Source of the DNA: Schmidtea polychroa | Lineage: Eukaryota | DNA length: 64,000 nucleotides | Direction of reading: 5' to 3' | Assembly: GCA_044892525.1 (NCBI GenBank) | Contig: CM097885.1 | Span: 190,216,001 to 190,280,000 of the forward strand | Part shown: positions 47,075 to 60,879 of the stretch, piece by piece | How positions within the stretch are numbered: the first letter of the stretch is position 1 | Layout of the letters: every line of letters starts with the position of its first letter | Notes under the pieces: generated by a model | What the model was told of the DNA's origin: nothing | Databases searched by the model: none | The model's input: only the letters and a program-made list of their open reading frames with translations | Position numbers and translations under genes: made by a program

Positions 47075-47879
47075 AAACCCTATAAATGACAATCGAGATC
47101 TATGGGAACTCAAAAAAGAAAACGAAAGCAAAAAGAAAGGAGAAATGAGAAAGAGGAAGGAAACAAAAGAAATCAAACATGAAAATAAAAACCAAAGGTC
47201 AGTACTAATTAATTAGTACAAAAATGAAAAGGAATTCCGAAATCCGGAAAATAGGAAAATAACAATATTCTTATCTCAACAGCTTGTCAGAATTACGGGA
47301 AACAAAACAAAAACAGGCCGGAGCCGCAAAAAGGGAAAATTAGAAAATGTCTCGACAGCTGTCAAAGATAACTCGGTCGCAGAGAAAATTGGGAAATCAT
47401 GTTTGAGAAAAAAATATGGAATTGAAGATAAACTTGAGTGCCACAAATTGACGAGGTATAAAAGGAGGTCTTGAGGGAACCATTGAGGGAACAAATTAGA
47501 AGAAATATTTGAAAAAAATTGAAGCAGAGAAACTAAAAAGGAAACAGAAATAAAGAGAATCAGCAAGAGTTTATTCAGTTGAGAATAGAATAAAGTTAGG
47601 CGAGTAAAACCAAGTCAAAATCAGAGAACAACCAGTTAATTACCAATTATTACACCTCAGTTGTGAGAGATTTTTCAAATCAAAGTTATACGAGTATTGC
47701 TATTCCTCACCAAAGTGTTGTAATAAGCACGATATAATAGTTAGCTTGTTGAGTTATTTGTATCATTGTGAAAATATTTGTGATATTCAATAAAGTTTCC
47801 AGTGTTAATTGTTAATTGTAGGTCAGTCTTGGAGTCAGAGTAAGAATTCTAATTTTATCACCAACTCAATAACCCAACA
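47075..47879 (+). mobile_element. Purine-rich LTR-like segment ending CCCAACA
   Basis: TATAAA near 47080, a purine-rich body, AATAAA, and a terminal CCCAACA that mirrors the TGTTGGG start seen at 30483. Unconfirmed. Confidence 0.3.
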
Positions 47880-48552
47880 GTATTGAATTAACTGTGTGTG
47901 CGCATTTGGCTCAACTTGTAAATGAGACATGATTACTGATTAGCTAGTCTGATGTTATTATGAAATTCTTATCTGAAAATCTTTCTTCTCCCCCTCTCGT
48001 CGATCAATGACACAAACTCGAATGAAGGATCTGGTGATGCTGGCGTTAGCGTGAAATCACCTCCACAATCTCTCAGGAAGAACTGCTAATGAAATTTAGA
48101 GAGAAAACAGTCGTTTTGTGGTTTGAATTTTTGTGTAATCTGTTTCACACCAGGTGTTATCATTTTTGTGTATAATTTGATTGGATGAAATATTATTGTG
48201 GAAACATAGAAATCGTTGTCCAATATTTTTTAAGCATTGGAAAAATTATGGAGGGAGCACAGGCCCTCGTGCCTCTAGTTATCTACGGGCCTGTAATAAT
48301 AACAGTAAACCTCTAACATAACTATAAACATATTACAATAATGAGTTTTAAAAAATGAAAGAGTTTCACAAATCGTAACCCACCACTAATAAAAACCATA
48401 ATAACAATCGATGATTATACCTTTAAACAACTGATAACTTGTTCATTTATTGCAAATATTACTTCTCTCTTGAACAACGAAAACATAAATTAACAAATCA
48501 TACCATGAGTAGCAATCAGATTATACATGTTTACCCATTGATAATTTGGTAA

Positions 48553-48852
48553 TTAATTATAAATATTACCTTACTTTTCAAAACATAAAAAAAAGGATAA
48601 AATTTTTTTTGTGTGTGTTAGGGGGATTTGATTACAAAGAAAGATGAGATATGACCTCCAACAAATAATTATCAAGATTTTATAAGAATTTTTGGAAATT
48701 TCACATTTTAAATTATTTGTGTGGATTTTAATGGAAAATTTATTTCAAAAAAAAATAATTTACTTTTATTTTTAAATATAATTAAATAATTATAAAAATT
48801 TATAAACCCATAATTTATTATTTTATCAAGGATTTTGTAAAATAATTTAAAA
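48553..48852 (+). repeat. About 300-bp AT-rich dispersed repeat, second copy at about 54244-54560
   Basis: Shared ACCTTACTTTTCAAAACATAAAA..GGAAATTTCACATTTTAAATTATTTGTGTGG..AAACCCATAATTTATT, diverged with indels. Confidence 0.85.
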
Positions 48853-49011
48853 ATGGTTAAAATGATTTTTAAACAATAATTTAAAGAAAGTATTTTATTA
48901 AAATGGGTATCTTTTTAAGTGGTTATTTTATCGCTTGTTTACATATTTGATTTATTATAAAAATTGCTCACGCCATGATTTTATGTTTCATTAATTTTTC
49001 TACTTTTTCAG

Positions 49012-49064
49012 GAATCCTATAATAAATTGGCAGGTGTAACTGCTAATGAATTTTTAGCACACAG
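49012..49064 (+). CDS. Candidate 53-nt host micro-exon (ESYNKLAGVTANEFLAH)
   Basis: TTTTCTACTTTTTCAG acceptor and AG|GTTAGT donor around an open, GC-richer frame. Confidence 0.5.
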
Positions 49065-50104
49065 GTTAGTTTGTATGTATCTTATCATATAATATATTGA
49101 TTATTTTTTTATATTATAAACTATTTTTATCAATTGCAACGCAATGTACAACATCAAACAGAAATAGCCTTATAAGAATGATTAAAGGATTATAAGAACT
49201 TTTATTTGTGAAACATGTTAACGCTATATATAATTGAAAATTTTTTGATTTAATAGAGAAAATTTCAATCAAATAATAAGCAGCTAAATGAAAGACAGAT
49301 AAGAGATACTAATAGAGAACGAAGCATTGTAAAGTTGCACAGCCCTAAAAAATCTATTATATATAGGGGTCCATATTTTAATATAACAAAAAAAGACTAC
49401 AATTTGGAAAGATGACCGGAGGGATTGGAATTTCTGAATAAAGTAACAAAAACACTTCAAAAAAATACCACTTTATTTTTAAATAATACATTTTCTTTTT
49501 TTAGCAGGAAAAAAAATAATTATTGTAATAATTCAAACGTACAATAAATTTAATGATAAAATTTTCGATTACATTTTCGACGAGACATTCTTAGGCTAAA
49601 AATATATTTATTATAAAAAATCTAATGTCCATGACAAAATTATACAGTATTTTTAAAAAAAAATAATTATAAAAAACCTACGTTCTAATATCACCACGAC
49701 AAAGTTTTATATTATTGGTGACAAAATTTGATATTTTAATATCACCAGGACACGACAAAATTTTGTTTTATTTTATTGACAACAAAATTTAATATCAAAG
49801 GTTAAACCGCATTGTATTTCTATTTGTATGACAGCAGCCGGTGTATTAGTATTTATTTATACTACGAATAGAATCATGATTCATGACAATACATAGACGT
49901 GACTTTATTTTGAGTAAGTCAATAGAAAAATTGTAAAAAAAGAGTACTTTTAATAAAAAAAATAAAAAAGTGAGAGTACAAAAGAGTCAAAGGTTAAAAA
50001 GAGTACGGTTGGTAAGTCTAATTATATATAATAAAGAGATATTAAGAAAGAGGAGACGGTGAATTTTTATATACTTGATATATATATATATATATTCATA
50101 TATA

Positions 50105-50973
50105 CAGTAAATTCTATATATAAGACAATTCTAGATAAGATAATATTATATAAGGAGTTAAAATATTTATTTAAATAATAAGCATCTTTAAATATCACGT
50201 TTTGGTAACGACGACAAAGTAAATGCAATTACAAAAAACAATATCGACAATTTAAGTTTATACTTCTGTACTTATTTTTTTAAAAATGTATATTTACATG
50301 TTTTGAATTGATTTATTTGTTTTTAATTTTTTCGATATAAAACAATTTCAATTGCTTTTTATTTATCACCTGAAATATTGACAATTTAGTTTCTATTTTA
50401 CTCTTAAGAAAATGAAAAAAAGAAATAGCTTTACAATCGCAGAAAAATTGACAATCTCAAATGAAATAAACGCTAAAGTTCCATTTGAATGTCAAAATAC
50501 AATATATCCGAAGCTTCCCAATATCGAATCAAACGTAAAAAACTGTTATATGGTCAGGTTGATAATCTAAAAAATAAGCAAAAGTATAAAAAACTGAAAC
50601 CTAGTAAGTATCAATCTGTAAACGATCATATTCTAGAGTTTATAAACACATGCAACAACTATTCAGTACCCATTTCAAATGATATACTAAAAACAATTGC
50701 TATAAAATTTGCAAACAATAATAATATAAATAGTTTCAAAGCTTCAACTGGATGGATAACAAACCTGAAGAAAAACAACGCGCTTGTAACAAAGAAAATT
50801 TCAGGGGAGTCTAAGTTACCTGTAATGTTCATTACATATATGTATTTGGCTCCTTTACAGGTGTAAAGCCATTTTAAATAACAAAAACAACATCTGTAAT
50901 TCTTTTTATATTTAAGACAATATAATTGTCGAATTTAATTTTCAAAACCCCTTCTTATATAAAGAATTTACTG
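50105..50973 (+). mobile_element. pogo/Tigger-like element, internally deleted
   Basis: TIRs CAGTAAATTCTATATATAAG / CTTATATAAAGAATTTACTG with TA flanks. CENP-B-type HTH (..FKASTGWITNLKK..KKISGES) but no DDE. Confidence 0.9.
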
Positions 50974-51111
50974 TATATATATTGAAATTAAAAGTATTGA
51001 ATGGTAATTTTGAATATATTTTGGAACTCAAATTTACAGTCCACAGATTATGTCAAACGATGTGCTGAAATATCTTGAAATATAAAATTAATGGAAATTA
51101 TGAAACTAGAC

Positions 51112-52200
51112 CAGTGGTGGGCAAACTCTCAGACTAAAAGAGTCAAATACCGGGTAGCGACACGCTTAAGGAATTCTAAAAAGCCACAAATTTATTTTGT
51201 ATAGCACAATTAAAATACTAGTATAATTATAATAATTTAACAGGGGAAGATTGAGGAATGCTTAGTATTTGTTGCAACATAGTAAAAAAAATATACAGTA
51301 GAATACCGTTATAACGAAATACTAAGGACCGATGAAAACCGTAATACTGAAAATTCCTTATATTGAATATGGATGATTATACTTTATTTTTATCAAGGAC
51401 AAAAAACATTCTGTATACTGAAAAATTTATTACATTGGAATTCGTTATAATGAGATTGTACTGTATAATGCTTAATAACAACCTCATTAATAAAAATCAA
51501 AGTTGAAAGTTCAGATTAGTTTGGTTTATATGTGGTAGTTTTTAATTTTAAGCACGATTCTACGTTCTCATCACTAAGACGACTTCTTAATTTATTTTTA
51601 ATAAAATTCATGTTTGAAAAAGACTGTTCGCACGAATACGTAGAACCGAATATGGAAAAAACGCCAAATGAAAATTTTTTCAACTTATCATATGAGTCCA
51701 GGAATGATGTTCCAATTATTGAAAATCATGATGTCTTCTTTTTCCAAATTTTTCAAGGCAACCCATTTGTGCTGTGAACTAAATTCAAATTTATTTTTCT
51801 CCTGTATTTCCAAATCAGCACAAAGACGTTTAAATTTACAGCTCCATAATTCTTTGTATTTTAGATCCAGCAAAGTCGTCAATATCAACATTAAAGGAAG
51901 AAAAATTTAGTTCTGTTACATTGGCATTGAGAGGATTTTTAACAAAAGCTAAAGTTGCTTTACTGCTTCTGAATTTGTGAAGCCTATTGAAAAAGGCTTC
52001 CTTCATATTTAAAAATGCTTCTTTAAAATAACAATTATTAATAATGGAATTATTCTCATGGCGAAATTTCAGTAAACTTGGAAAATTAATTAACGTTTCT
52101 CTTTCAAAATCTTGAACAAATATGGATAGTTTGTTTTCAAATATTTTAACTTCTAACATTGAAAAAATTATATTTCCTTTCCTTGTAGTTTTAAATTTAG
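51112..52200 (-). mobile_element. hAT remnant (Charlie/GTF2IRD2-like), 3' part
   Basis: CAGTGGTGGGCAAACT terminus at 51112. IFGSTYSCEQSFSNMNFIKNKLRSRLSDEN on the minus strand. Confidence 0.85.
51296..51463. mobile_element. Tigger-like MITE
   Basis: TA|CAGTAGAATACCGTTATAACGAA at the left and TTCGTTATAATGAGATTGTACTG|TA at the right. Confidence 0.85.
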
Positions 52201-54579
52201 CTGATTTACATGATTTGTGACATCAACCATAAAATAAAATTTTTGGATCAATTGATCAACTGTTAGTTCCGGTCACTAGACGCTTGAATGTATGATGATT
52301 AAAAGCAATGGGTTAATAAAAATAAAAGTGGAGGAATGGGAAAAAAATTAATTAATTAAAACCTGCTGACTATCTGCCATGCAGGTAAACATATTGTGGG
52401 GAAATGGAGTGTATGGCAGAGACGGTGTGTATGATGGGGAAACAATAAGGTTTGTAACAATGACCTTAAGTTGAATAAAACTAAAAAATAAACATCAGAA
52501 CATGAATAAATAAAAGAAAACGTCACAAAAAAATAAACACGAAAAAATAAAATATTAACAAAGGCACCAAGTATATAACAAAACATCAAGCGAAACAAAA
52601 TTAAAATTCGTCATGGCAATGATGAACAATGAAAAATAATATGAAATTTAAGAAATGGTAAATGATTTAAGAAGCAAAAATCGCTTTTTAAATCAAATAA
52701 AATTGAAAAATAATAGAATTTAATTTCATATTTTCGAATTTGTTTTATCAATTGAATTACACACACCTAATAGCACACAAAATGTAAGTATAAATACAGA
52801 TACGGAAAAACAAAATATTAATGTCTTATACCAAAATATTCTGCGTTATATACTTAATCTTCTGAAAAATTACAAAGTAAAAATTTATTTGTTTGATTAT
52901 TAGTTTAATTATTTGACAATGACAAGTAAAATTGTAAGATTAGATTATTCAGAAAAGGTTCAGAAAGTGTTAAAAACCAATAGAATGATTATTAAAACAG
53001 AAAATAGCTAAAAAATTAATTAATTTAAGGAAACTGAAATGAGTAAACAACAAGAAAAGTTTAAAAAATAGATTTCAAAGAGCCATTATCATGGCAACAT
53101 GATGGATGGAAATCAATGGCAGAAAAGATTAGACAACATTAAAACATAATCCAAAATATTTTTTTATTTTATTATATTGATTATTTTAGATGACAGCCAA
53201 AGGGATTGCAGTGGCAGGATGTCAAAACAGAAGAGTTATTATAAAAACAATAATAAGAAGTACATAAAGAAGTCAAACTTAAGAAATTTGGCCTTTAGTC
53301 TTAGAACTTAGGAAAAGAATAAACGACATTAGGAAAAATGAAATTTATATAAGGAAAGTAATCAGTTAAAAGATTCGGATTATATTGTGTCATTTTCTTG
53401 CTCTTTTCTTGATTTTTTAAGCTTTTATTATTCTTTTAAGATGATTTGTAATCTATTTTTTATTAAAGAACACAGTGAATCAGAGACTGTTGTTCATTTG
53501 TTGAAAAAAACTAAACAAAGAGGAAATCATAGTTCTTAAAGAACTAAGGATAGATTCAACCCATACTAAATAGTTAATCTTTCAAATGGAAATTGGCGGT
53601 ACATGTTTGAGGTGCGAAGATATAATTCTACGAAATTAATAAATTTAAGTGAAGCTGGTAATTTAAAATCTAAACTTACAAAATTAATTTTGGTTATTAG
53701 TTATTTTTATTCTTTAAATATGTGGGTAAATTAATTTTACTACAACAAAAAAGTCATTAACCATAAATTTATATTTCAGACAAGAATTAATAACTAAATA
53801 AATATAAAGTAGCTTAAAAGTTAGTAACTACTGTAAAATACTGCAATACTGCACGAATTAATGTAAACACGAAATATTATACATGTTTTCTCAGTTGGCA
53901 ATACGGTCTTGTCTTTATTAGTGACCGTTTTGTTTTTAATTATATTGTTTTTAATTGTTTTACTAAGACTGTCTCCAGTTTGTCCTAATCTTTGTTTCTA
54001 TCTTATTTTAGACGAATAATTATCCCAAGAAGAGCAAAAAGATTGTTACTTTAAGTGAACACACATCAATGAGTCCAAAATATTGCCAAAAAGGTTGGTG
54101 AGTTTAGGATCTCTAAACAAGATTTTAAAATATAGGGACATTGGGACGATTGAGGTGAATAGAAACGAAATGTGAAAGGAAAAGGGAGACCCTAACCCAA
54201 AGAGATGAAGCTTTTTTAATAATGGAAAATAGATTCAATAATAATATTATAAATGTTACCTTACTTTTCAAAACATAAAAAACTGTGATTTCCAATAATG
54301 ATTAGATAAAAATTTTATTGCGTGTGTTAGCAGGATTTGCATACAAAGAAAAATGAGATATAACTGCCAACAAATTATTGTCAAGATTTTATAAGAATTT
54401 ATGGAAATTTCACATTTTAAATTATTTGTGTGGATTTTAATGGTTAAATTTATTTCAAAAAACGTAATTTATTTTTAATTTTTAAATATAATTAAATAAC
54501 TATAAAAATTTATAAACCCATAATTTATTATTTTATCAAAGATTTTGTAGAATAATTTAAACTGTGATATAATGTTCAT

Positions 54580-55395
54580 ACTATGTATGGTGGTCGCAGG
54601 CCCGGTTTAGGGCATAGGCGACGTCGGCAGCAGCCTAGGGCGCCGATTTACAAGCGGGCGCCAAATAGTTCTGCTAAATTCAACATTTGGATTTCTATAC
54701 AACATACATAATTTGCAATATATTTCGTCAAAGAAAATATTAGAGGATTGTCTTAAACTGGAAAATTTTTTACGGCACGATGATTCTAAAGATATTGATG
54801 GTACAGATTTATTGAACGAATTGATATTTATAGCTAGACATATTCCAAAAAACTTATTGCCGGAAGATGTACTTAATTATATTTGTAAAAATAATATAGT
54901 GGACAGCGTTCCAAATATATTTGTTGCTTTGCGAATTTTATTAACCCTACCAGTTTCTGTGGCAAGCGGTGAACGAAGCTTTTCGAAGCTTAAACAGATC
55001 AAAACATATATAAGATCTACAATGTCACAAGAACGGCTTGTGGGATTAGCAATATTGTCGATTGAACACGAAATGGCGCGTGATATAGATACGAAGTTGC
55101 TGCTTGAAGATTTCGCTAAACTAAAAGCACGAAAAATTAAATTTTAAATGGTTTTTGTTTTTATATATATTTTTGTGTAATAAATAAATGAAGTATAGTT
55201 ATTTTATTTTCATTTACTTCTTTAATTATTGGGTTTGTTTCTAGACTAGAGGCGCCATTTTTTTAGTTTGCCTAGGGCGCCAAATACTCTAGCGTCGGGC
55301 CTGGGTGGTCGTGAAGCGATTCATAACAGCATGATGAAATGTGATGTTGATATTCTAAAGAATTTATATATAACGACAATGAGGGGGGGGGGTGC
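54580..55395 (+). pseudogene. Degenerate actin fragment split by the hAT
   Basis: Removing the hAT gives TMYGGREAIHNSMMKCDVDILKNLYITTMRGG, compared with actin [27 protein letters not shown]. Confidence 0.65.
54597..55303 (+). mobile_element. Short non-autonomous hAT retaining the hATC dimerisation ORF (54713-55147)
   Basis: TIRs CAGGCCCG / CGGGCCTG with perfect TSD GGTGGTCG (54589-54596 and 55304-55311). ORF with LTLPVSVASGERSFSKLKQIKTYIRSTMSQERL. Confidence 0.95.
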
Positions 55396-55538
55396 TATTC
55401 AAATCTGGTTTATAAATGGAAAAATGGAAAGTAATTGCGTCAGACTGTTGTGGTTTAGTCCTTGTTTGATGAAGGATTTTCTTTAATTCTTTTAACAACT
55501 TGTTGATGGTTTTCGTCACGAACATTGAAACCGTTTAA

Positions 55539-56337
55539 TTAAATAGAAGAGTCGTTTGTTAACAGCCCAGCTTGGAATGCTGGAGAATCCGCAACGACGT
55601 GGCCGATAAATTGACCAGGTTTATTGGCTTCCAGACGTAAATTAAATCCATAGCCTTCTATTCCAGATTTGACAGAGTAAGCAGGATCGGTTTGTTTAGT
55701 GGTATCAAATAAATGCGATTTCAAAAAGGTTCCGATTAACTGGCCATTCGGATTAAAAATCATTGACGAATTGTAAATTTTATTCGACCTAAGTTTGAGA
55801 ATGGATTCACCAACTATCCAAATGGCGTATTCTTTAAACGCTTTAGACAGCATTTGACAAGTTTCTCCATTGTGAATATTTTTACTTTGATGCATAAGAT
55901 CTTCACTTCCAAATAAATAGTTGAAGTATTCTGATAAGCAGACTAATTTAATTTTTTATTCAACTTTAGACAGATTATAAGCTTCGCAAGAAGAAACAAT
56001 ATTTTGCATTAAAGCTACTTTAAGCATTCTAAATTTAGTAATGAAATTTATAAAACTACGCGCATATTTAGTTCCAGCAGATTTATAAATTAATGAAGAT
56101 TCGACGGAAAGTTTGCCTTCGACTCAATTATTAATTGGAACCACAATTGCATCACCTTGTAATTTATAAATATCTCCAGACCAAAATCCAATTTTTCCGT
56201 TAATATCGGGTGAAAATTCGAATACAGGATCTCAATCTACTTTATTAAATGTTCCATAGATGATTTTAATTTATTCCTGCCAATTGTTTAACGAATTTAT
56301 ATCAACAAGATTTTCGGAATGCAACTTCTCCATCATT
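55539..56337 (-). pseudogene. Chimeric host-gene fragments: GDAP2-like macro domain, nitrilase (Nit-like) and PDZ (NHERF-like)
   Basis: FSPDINGKIGFWSGDIYKLQGDAIVVPIN..SLIYKSAG (macro, with stops). IWIVGESI..KIYNSSMIFNPNGQLIGTFLKSHLFD (nitrilase). GYGFNL..GQFIGHVVADSPAFQAGL (PDZ). Confidence 0.75.
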
Positions 56338-57549
56338 TAATAATGAAATAATCTTTTAAATTCTTCAATAAAAATTATTAGAAATCAAAAACAAATTAGC
56401 TTAATAATTTTTTTAATTCAAAATTTTTTTTATACAATTAAAGAATATATAAACAGATTGTATTTTTATCACATAAATGTTTTAAATCCCGAACTCCTAT
56501 AAAATCACTACAGAGACGATAGAGAAATTGAGAAGATGGATACAACAAGATGCCTATATACTAATATCCACAAACGAAGTCGTGTATGGACTCAACCAAA
56601 TACCAGGCAATCTGATTGGTCAAGAGTAGAAGGTATGTCAGTCAAGAGGATTAGAAGCGCTCCAATGGGACTAAGCTGGTCGGACGAATTTTACGATGCA
56701 ACCAGATGGTGGAATCAAAAGTGAAAAGGTGTTTCACGTAAATAACTATAACAAGTGGTGAAAGGGCACCGCAAAAACAGCTAATTAAATTTGTTTTATT
56801 GAATTTTATATAAAAAATATATTTATAAATAGTTTAGGTATTTATGTTTGTAACTAATAGTTGGTGTAATTAAAAATTGATTTAGAGTCACAGAATTGTG
56901 TGCAAAGCAATAAAAATATAAAATTCAATGCGTAATTAATTAAAAATTTAAAACATTGAAAAATTTCAGAAGAAATGTCAAATATGAATATAGTTCTATA
57001 AAATCTGTTGAGTGTTCCTTGACAAAGTAATTTAGAAAATACAAACTAATTATTTATTTTTTTAAATATTAAATTTAATTTGGAACGAGATCCTCGAGGC
57101 GAAATGTCAGTTTGTAAAGTTAAATATAATTAAATGAACTTTTCAGGTTATCGTGAGCAACTATTTCAATTTTAAAGTAATTAATGAGAGAAAAGCCATA
57201 TAAAAGCAACAAAAATTCTAATCAAATTGCCATTCTGGTCGAAGACAATCAAGAAAAGAAAAAGCGAAGTTTACGAATTCAAAAAGAGAATAGGGTTTTT
57301 TAGAGTTAATCTGGTTCATTTAATTGCTTGAGGCAGTTTCCCTTAGAGTTACTTGTACTTATAATCAAGAAAATGATCATTTGTATCTGTGAAAATTCGA
57401 ACGATTGTAATTTGTAGTAATAATAAAAAGTTATTGTGTTGAGTTATTATTCTGATCAAAAGCACGTGGAATTAGATTTGTAGTACTAATTACGAATCAA
57501 CATAAAAAAGATAGAGTTCGAGTCACATTGTTTCGGTTCATTTTTAAAA

Positions 57550-57880
57550 TCAATAAAGAACAAGGTGATCATCATCAGAGTATCTGTGATGGAGTAGATA
57601 TATGTATTCATTAAAAAAGTCCAATAAAAGGTAAAGCTTAGGTTCAGTTCAGCTTCAAACTAAGAATTCCCAGATAGGTTTTAACAGTGACGCGAAATCC
57701 TTGGATAATGCTATTGGTCTGAGAATGATAAGTGGTTGATCGAAGATGCTGAATGCCCCGCTTTTCAATTAATTTTTGAAATAGGTGGGATTCATACTGA
57801 GTTCCTCTCTCGGTGATCATTGACTTCGGACTACCATGTCGAGAAATTTAATGTTAGAATAGCATTTGCCAAGATTTCGA
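57550..57880 (-). pseudogene. Ty3/Gypsy integrase core remnant
   Basis: RHGSPKSMITERGTQYESHLFQKL..GIQHLRSTTYHSQTNSII on the minus strand. Confidence 0.8.
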
Positions 57881-59395
57881 AAGAAGTGCTTTATAAAGTT
57901 AAAAACCTCAAATCAATGTGTCTTGTGATCAGTCATTGTTAAAATATAAGAAAAGCCGTGTGTGGAAGGTAAAGGACCGACGAAGTCTATATAATTTAAT
58001 CCCTGTTTCCAGCCGGATAACGAATCATTGGTGGTTTGATATGTCAAAATATCTTGGATGACAATTCAACTATAAAAATAAAAAGACCGAAAAGCGCCAC
58101 TCCCGGCAGAAATTGGAATGACATACCAAGTTCACTATATGACACACCATAGATCTCATTCAGATACCTGCATATCACTTATTCCGCTAGTTACCGTCAA
58201 TTACTACCCAATATGAAGTGTTATTTTTTCATTGTAATTTAATATGTAAATTATTATTTATTATAAGTTTGCAATTATTCATTTAATTAATTTTCTTTTT
58301 AACAATTTTGAATTTATTTAGATTTTAACAAAATCTTTTTAAAAAAATAAAGTTTATCTCCGTTTTGCAACCAGTGTCTAATTAGTTTATTTTCATTACT
58401 AATATTAATTCACTTATTTCATTATTATTTTTATTTTTGGGTTTCCTTCTATGGAAATGTACTCATTTATTTAATATTTTAATATTTATCGCTAAAAAAA
58501 TTTTTAAAATTATATTTTTAAAATACAATTTTCATTGTTTTATTTTCTCACTTAAGAAAAATCTTGTTTCCTCTTCATCCTAAGAATCGTCGTCTTTACA
58601 TATTTCGTTTGATCTTTTAGGTTTATTTTTCGATGTTCCTTCCAGAATTTTGTTCTATGAATTAGTAACTACGTCGAACGTATTATACCAATGTTTTCAA
58701 ATTCCACGCAGAAAAATATATCCAAAATTGAAATCAGATTTCCATTCACCTTCTACTGCTAAGTATATTATTCTAATAGCAGTCATGTTTACCCATGACA
58801 TGCCTTTCTTTCTGTATCGTAATATTGCAAACTACTTTCGCTAAATTGGATAGACGATAAAAATGGCCCACTTTTATAATTCTCATTTTATCAAAAACTG
58901 TTTGCTGCAACAAAATCTCGAATTCAAAATAAATAACTTGATTCGGAATGTAAATCATGTCCAACTTAATTTTCCACAATTAGCAATCAGGTAAAGTAAT
59001 TTTAATCTATTCAAATATTTTATTGTTTTAACCCCACCACTAATAATAATTACAAAGGCTACGTCAAATGCAATGTAATATTAACAGGTGTAATACGATG
59101 ATCTAATGCAGAGCTTCTCAACCATAAAGGCACCACAGACCAGTAAAGTATAAAATTTTCAAATGCAAACCACCACTAATGATAATTATGAGTTCATTTT
59201 TTTCGAGAAATATTTTCAATGTACCATTAAATATATTTATTTTATTTTAAGCCCAGTTATTTGAGATATTAAAACATTCAATATACGAAAAAATTCCAAG
59301 TTTACAAAAATTTTTCTACGCCTTTGTTTAGATCAGCGTTCTGGAAACCGGGGTAAATTACCCCAGATGGGGTAACAATGAAACAGTCGTAAGTA

Positions 59396-60260
59396 GGGTT
59401 TCTGAAAAACCGCATAATTTAAAACTACGGTTTTCGGTTTTGTGAAAATTGATAACCGCGGTTTTGGCGGTTTCCCAAAAAAATATTTAAAAATAAATGA
59501 AAACAGGCATAAATTAAATTTAAATTTTTTTATTGAATCAAAATACTTTAATTATTTAAGTATTGAAATTTTAAAAAAGTTAAAGCATTCAAAGAAGAAT
59601 CGGAAAATCTGGATCTTATTTTTGTGCAAAAGTTTGCAGCTATAGAGAAAGCTCTCTCACTTTCTGTAGGCGTAGGTTTAATGGTTTTTATTGCTTTGTA
59701 CAATAAAGTTATGTTTTTAGTTTTATTATTTGTTCTTTTATACAAAGTGAACTCTTGTTTCAATAAATCAAAATCACATTTTGGCTTTGATTCCAACAAG
59801 GCTTTCTAAATTTAACTCATGTTTAATGAGAGCTCACCTGGGTTTTCAACGCAATCATTGTTTTCTTCATCCAAACTTTCGATGTCAGTTGAAATTTCAG
59901 CAATTTTAGTGTATAATCTTTTAAGCATTTCACTTCCAATACTTAAAATCTGTTTGTATGGTTGAATAGTTGGAGTTAGAATAAATTTAGCCAAATTAAT
60001 TAAATTTTTATTTCTTCTGTGTTTAATTCAATTTTGCATTGATACTAAGAGTTTTCGACTAATTTCGGTATTCAATTCTTCCAGTTTAATATAAATAAAA
60101 TTAATGGCTCCTTCGGCCTGTATACTATTATCATTGAAACGATTGAGTTCCATTGAATATTACAATCCAAAAGTAATTCAAGTTCGTGATTATGCATTTT
60201 CTTTACATGAACTTGTAATATATTATTTCTAACAGTAGAATTTCGAAAAAATTTCACTAC
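59396..60260 (-). mobile_element. Ac-like hAT 3' remnant
   Basis: TAGGGTTTCTGAAAAACCG terminus with AAACCG subterminal repeats. PTPTESERAFSIAANFCTKIRSRFSDSSL. Confidence 0.85.
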
Positions 60261-60389
60261 TTTTCTTAGTGACTCAAGATTCTGATGAAGTTTTGGATTA
60301 AGATTTCTTGTTTGGGAACAAACAATATCATTTTCGTCATCTTCAATGAAATCATTAAACCTTTTTTTATTTTTGTTACTTCGACTTAT

Positions 60390-60458
60390 ACGCGGGTTTC
60401 CAATTTAGGACTTAAAAACCTCTTAAAATTAACTCGACTTATACGCGAGTATATACGT
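60390..60458. mobile_element. pogo-family terminal sequence
   Basis: Duplicated TCGACTTATACGCG ending GAGTATATACG, typical of pogo/Tigger TIRs. Confidence 0.6.
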
Positions 60459-60879
60459 TATATTGTTTTTACTATAATGGGTTAACTTGAGAGTTTTTCC
60501 AGGAATTCAAAAATGTAAAATTAATAAAATTTAAAAAAATATAAAAGCACTAATAAAAGTTATACGTTTTTTGTCATGATAAGTGTTAGTATATTTTTTC
60601 TTTTAACAAAGTCTTTAAAAAGCAATCAGTTAAACCCGGCAACGTCGCTTTTTCAATTTCAAGCCAACTTCACAATTCTTATATGAAAAACAAACAACAA
60701 CATAAACCTATGTGATTTAGTTTTTGAATTTTATTGTATTAGAGATCCGATTAGAGATCTCGTGGAATTGACGTGTATAACAAAGTCAATGAGTACTTTA
60801 ATACTGAAGGCATTGATTTAAAGTGGGACAATGCATTATAGTGTCAGTTGATGGACCACCAGACATGTTGGGTCATAGT

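Larger units (their letters stand above)
58090..60680 (-). repeat. Inverted dispersed repeat, copy B, interrupted at about 59396-60480
   Basis: Reverse complement of 39700-41330, with extra hAT and pogo pieces in the middle. Confidence 0.9.
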
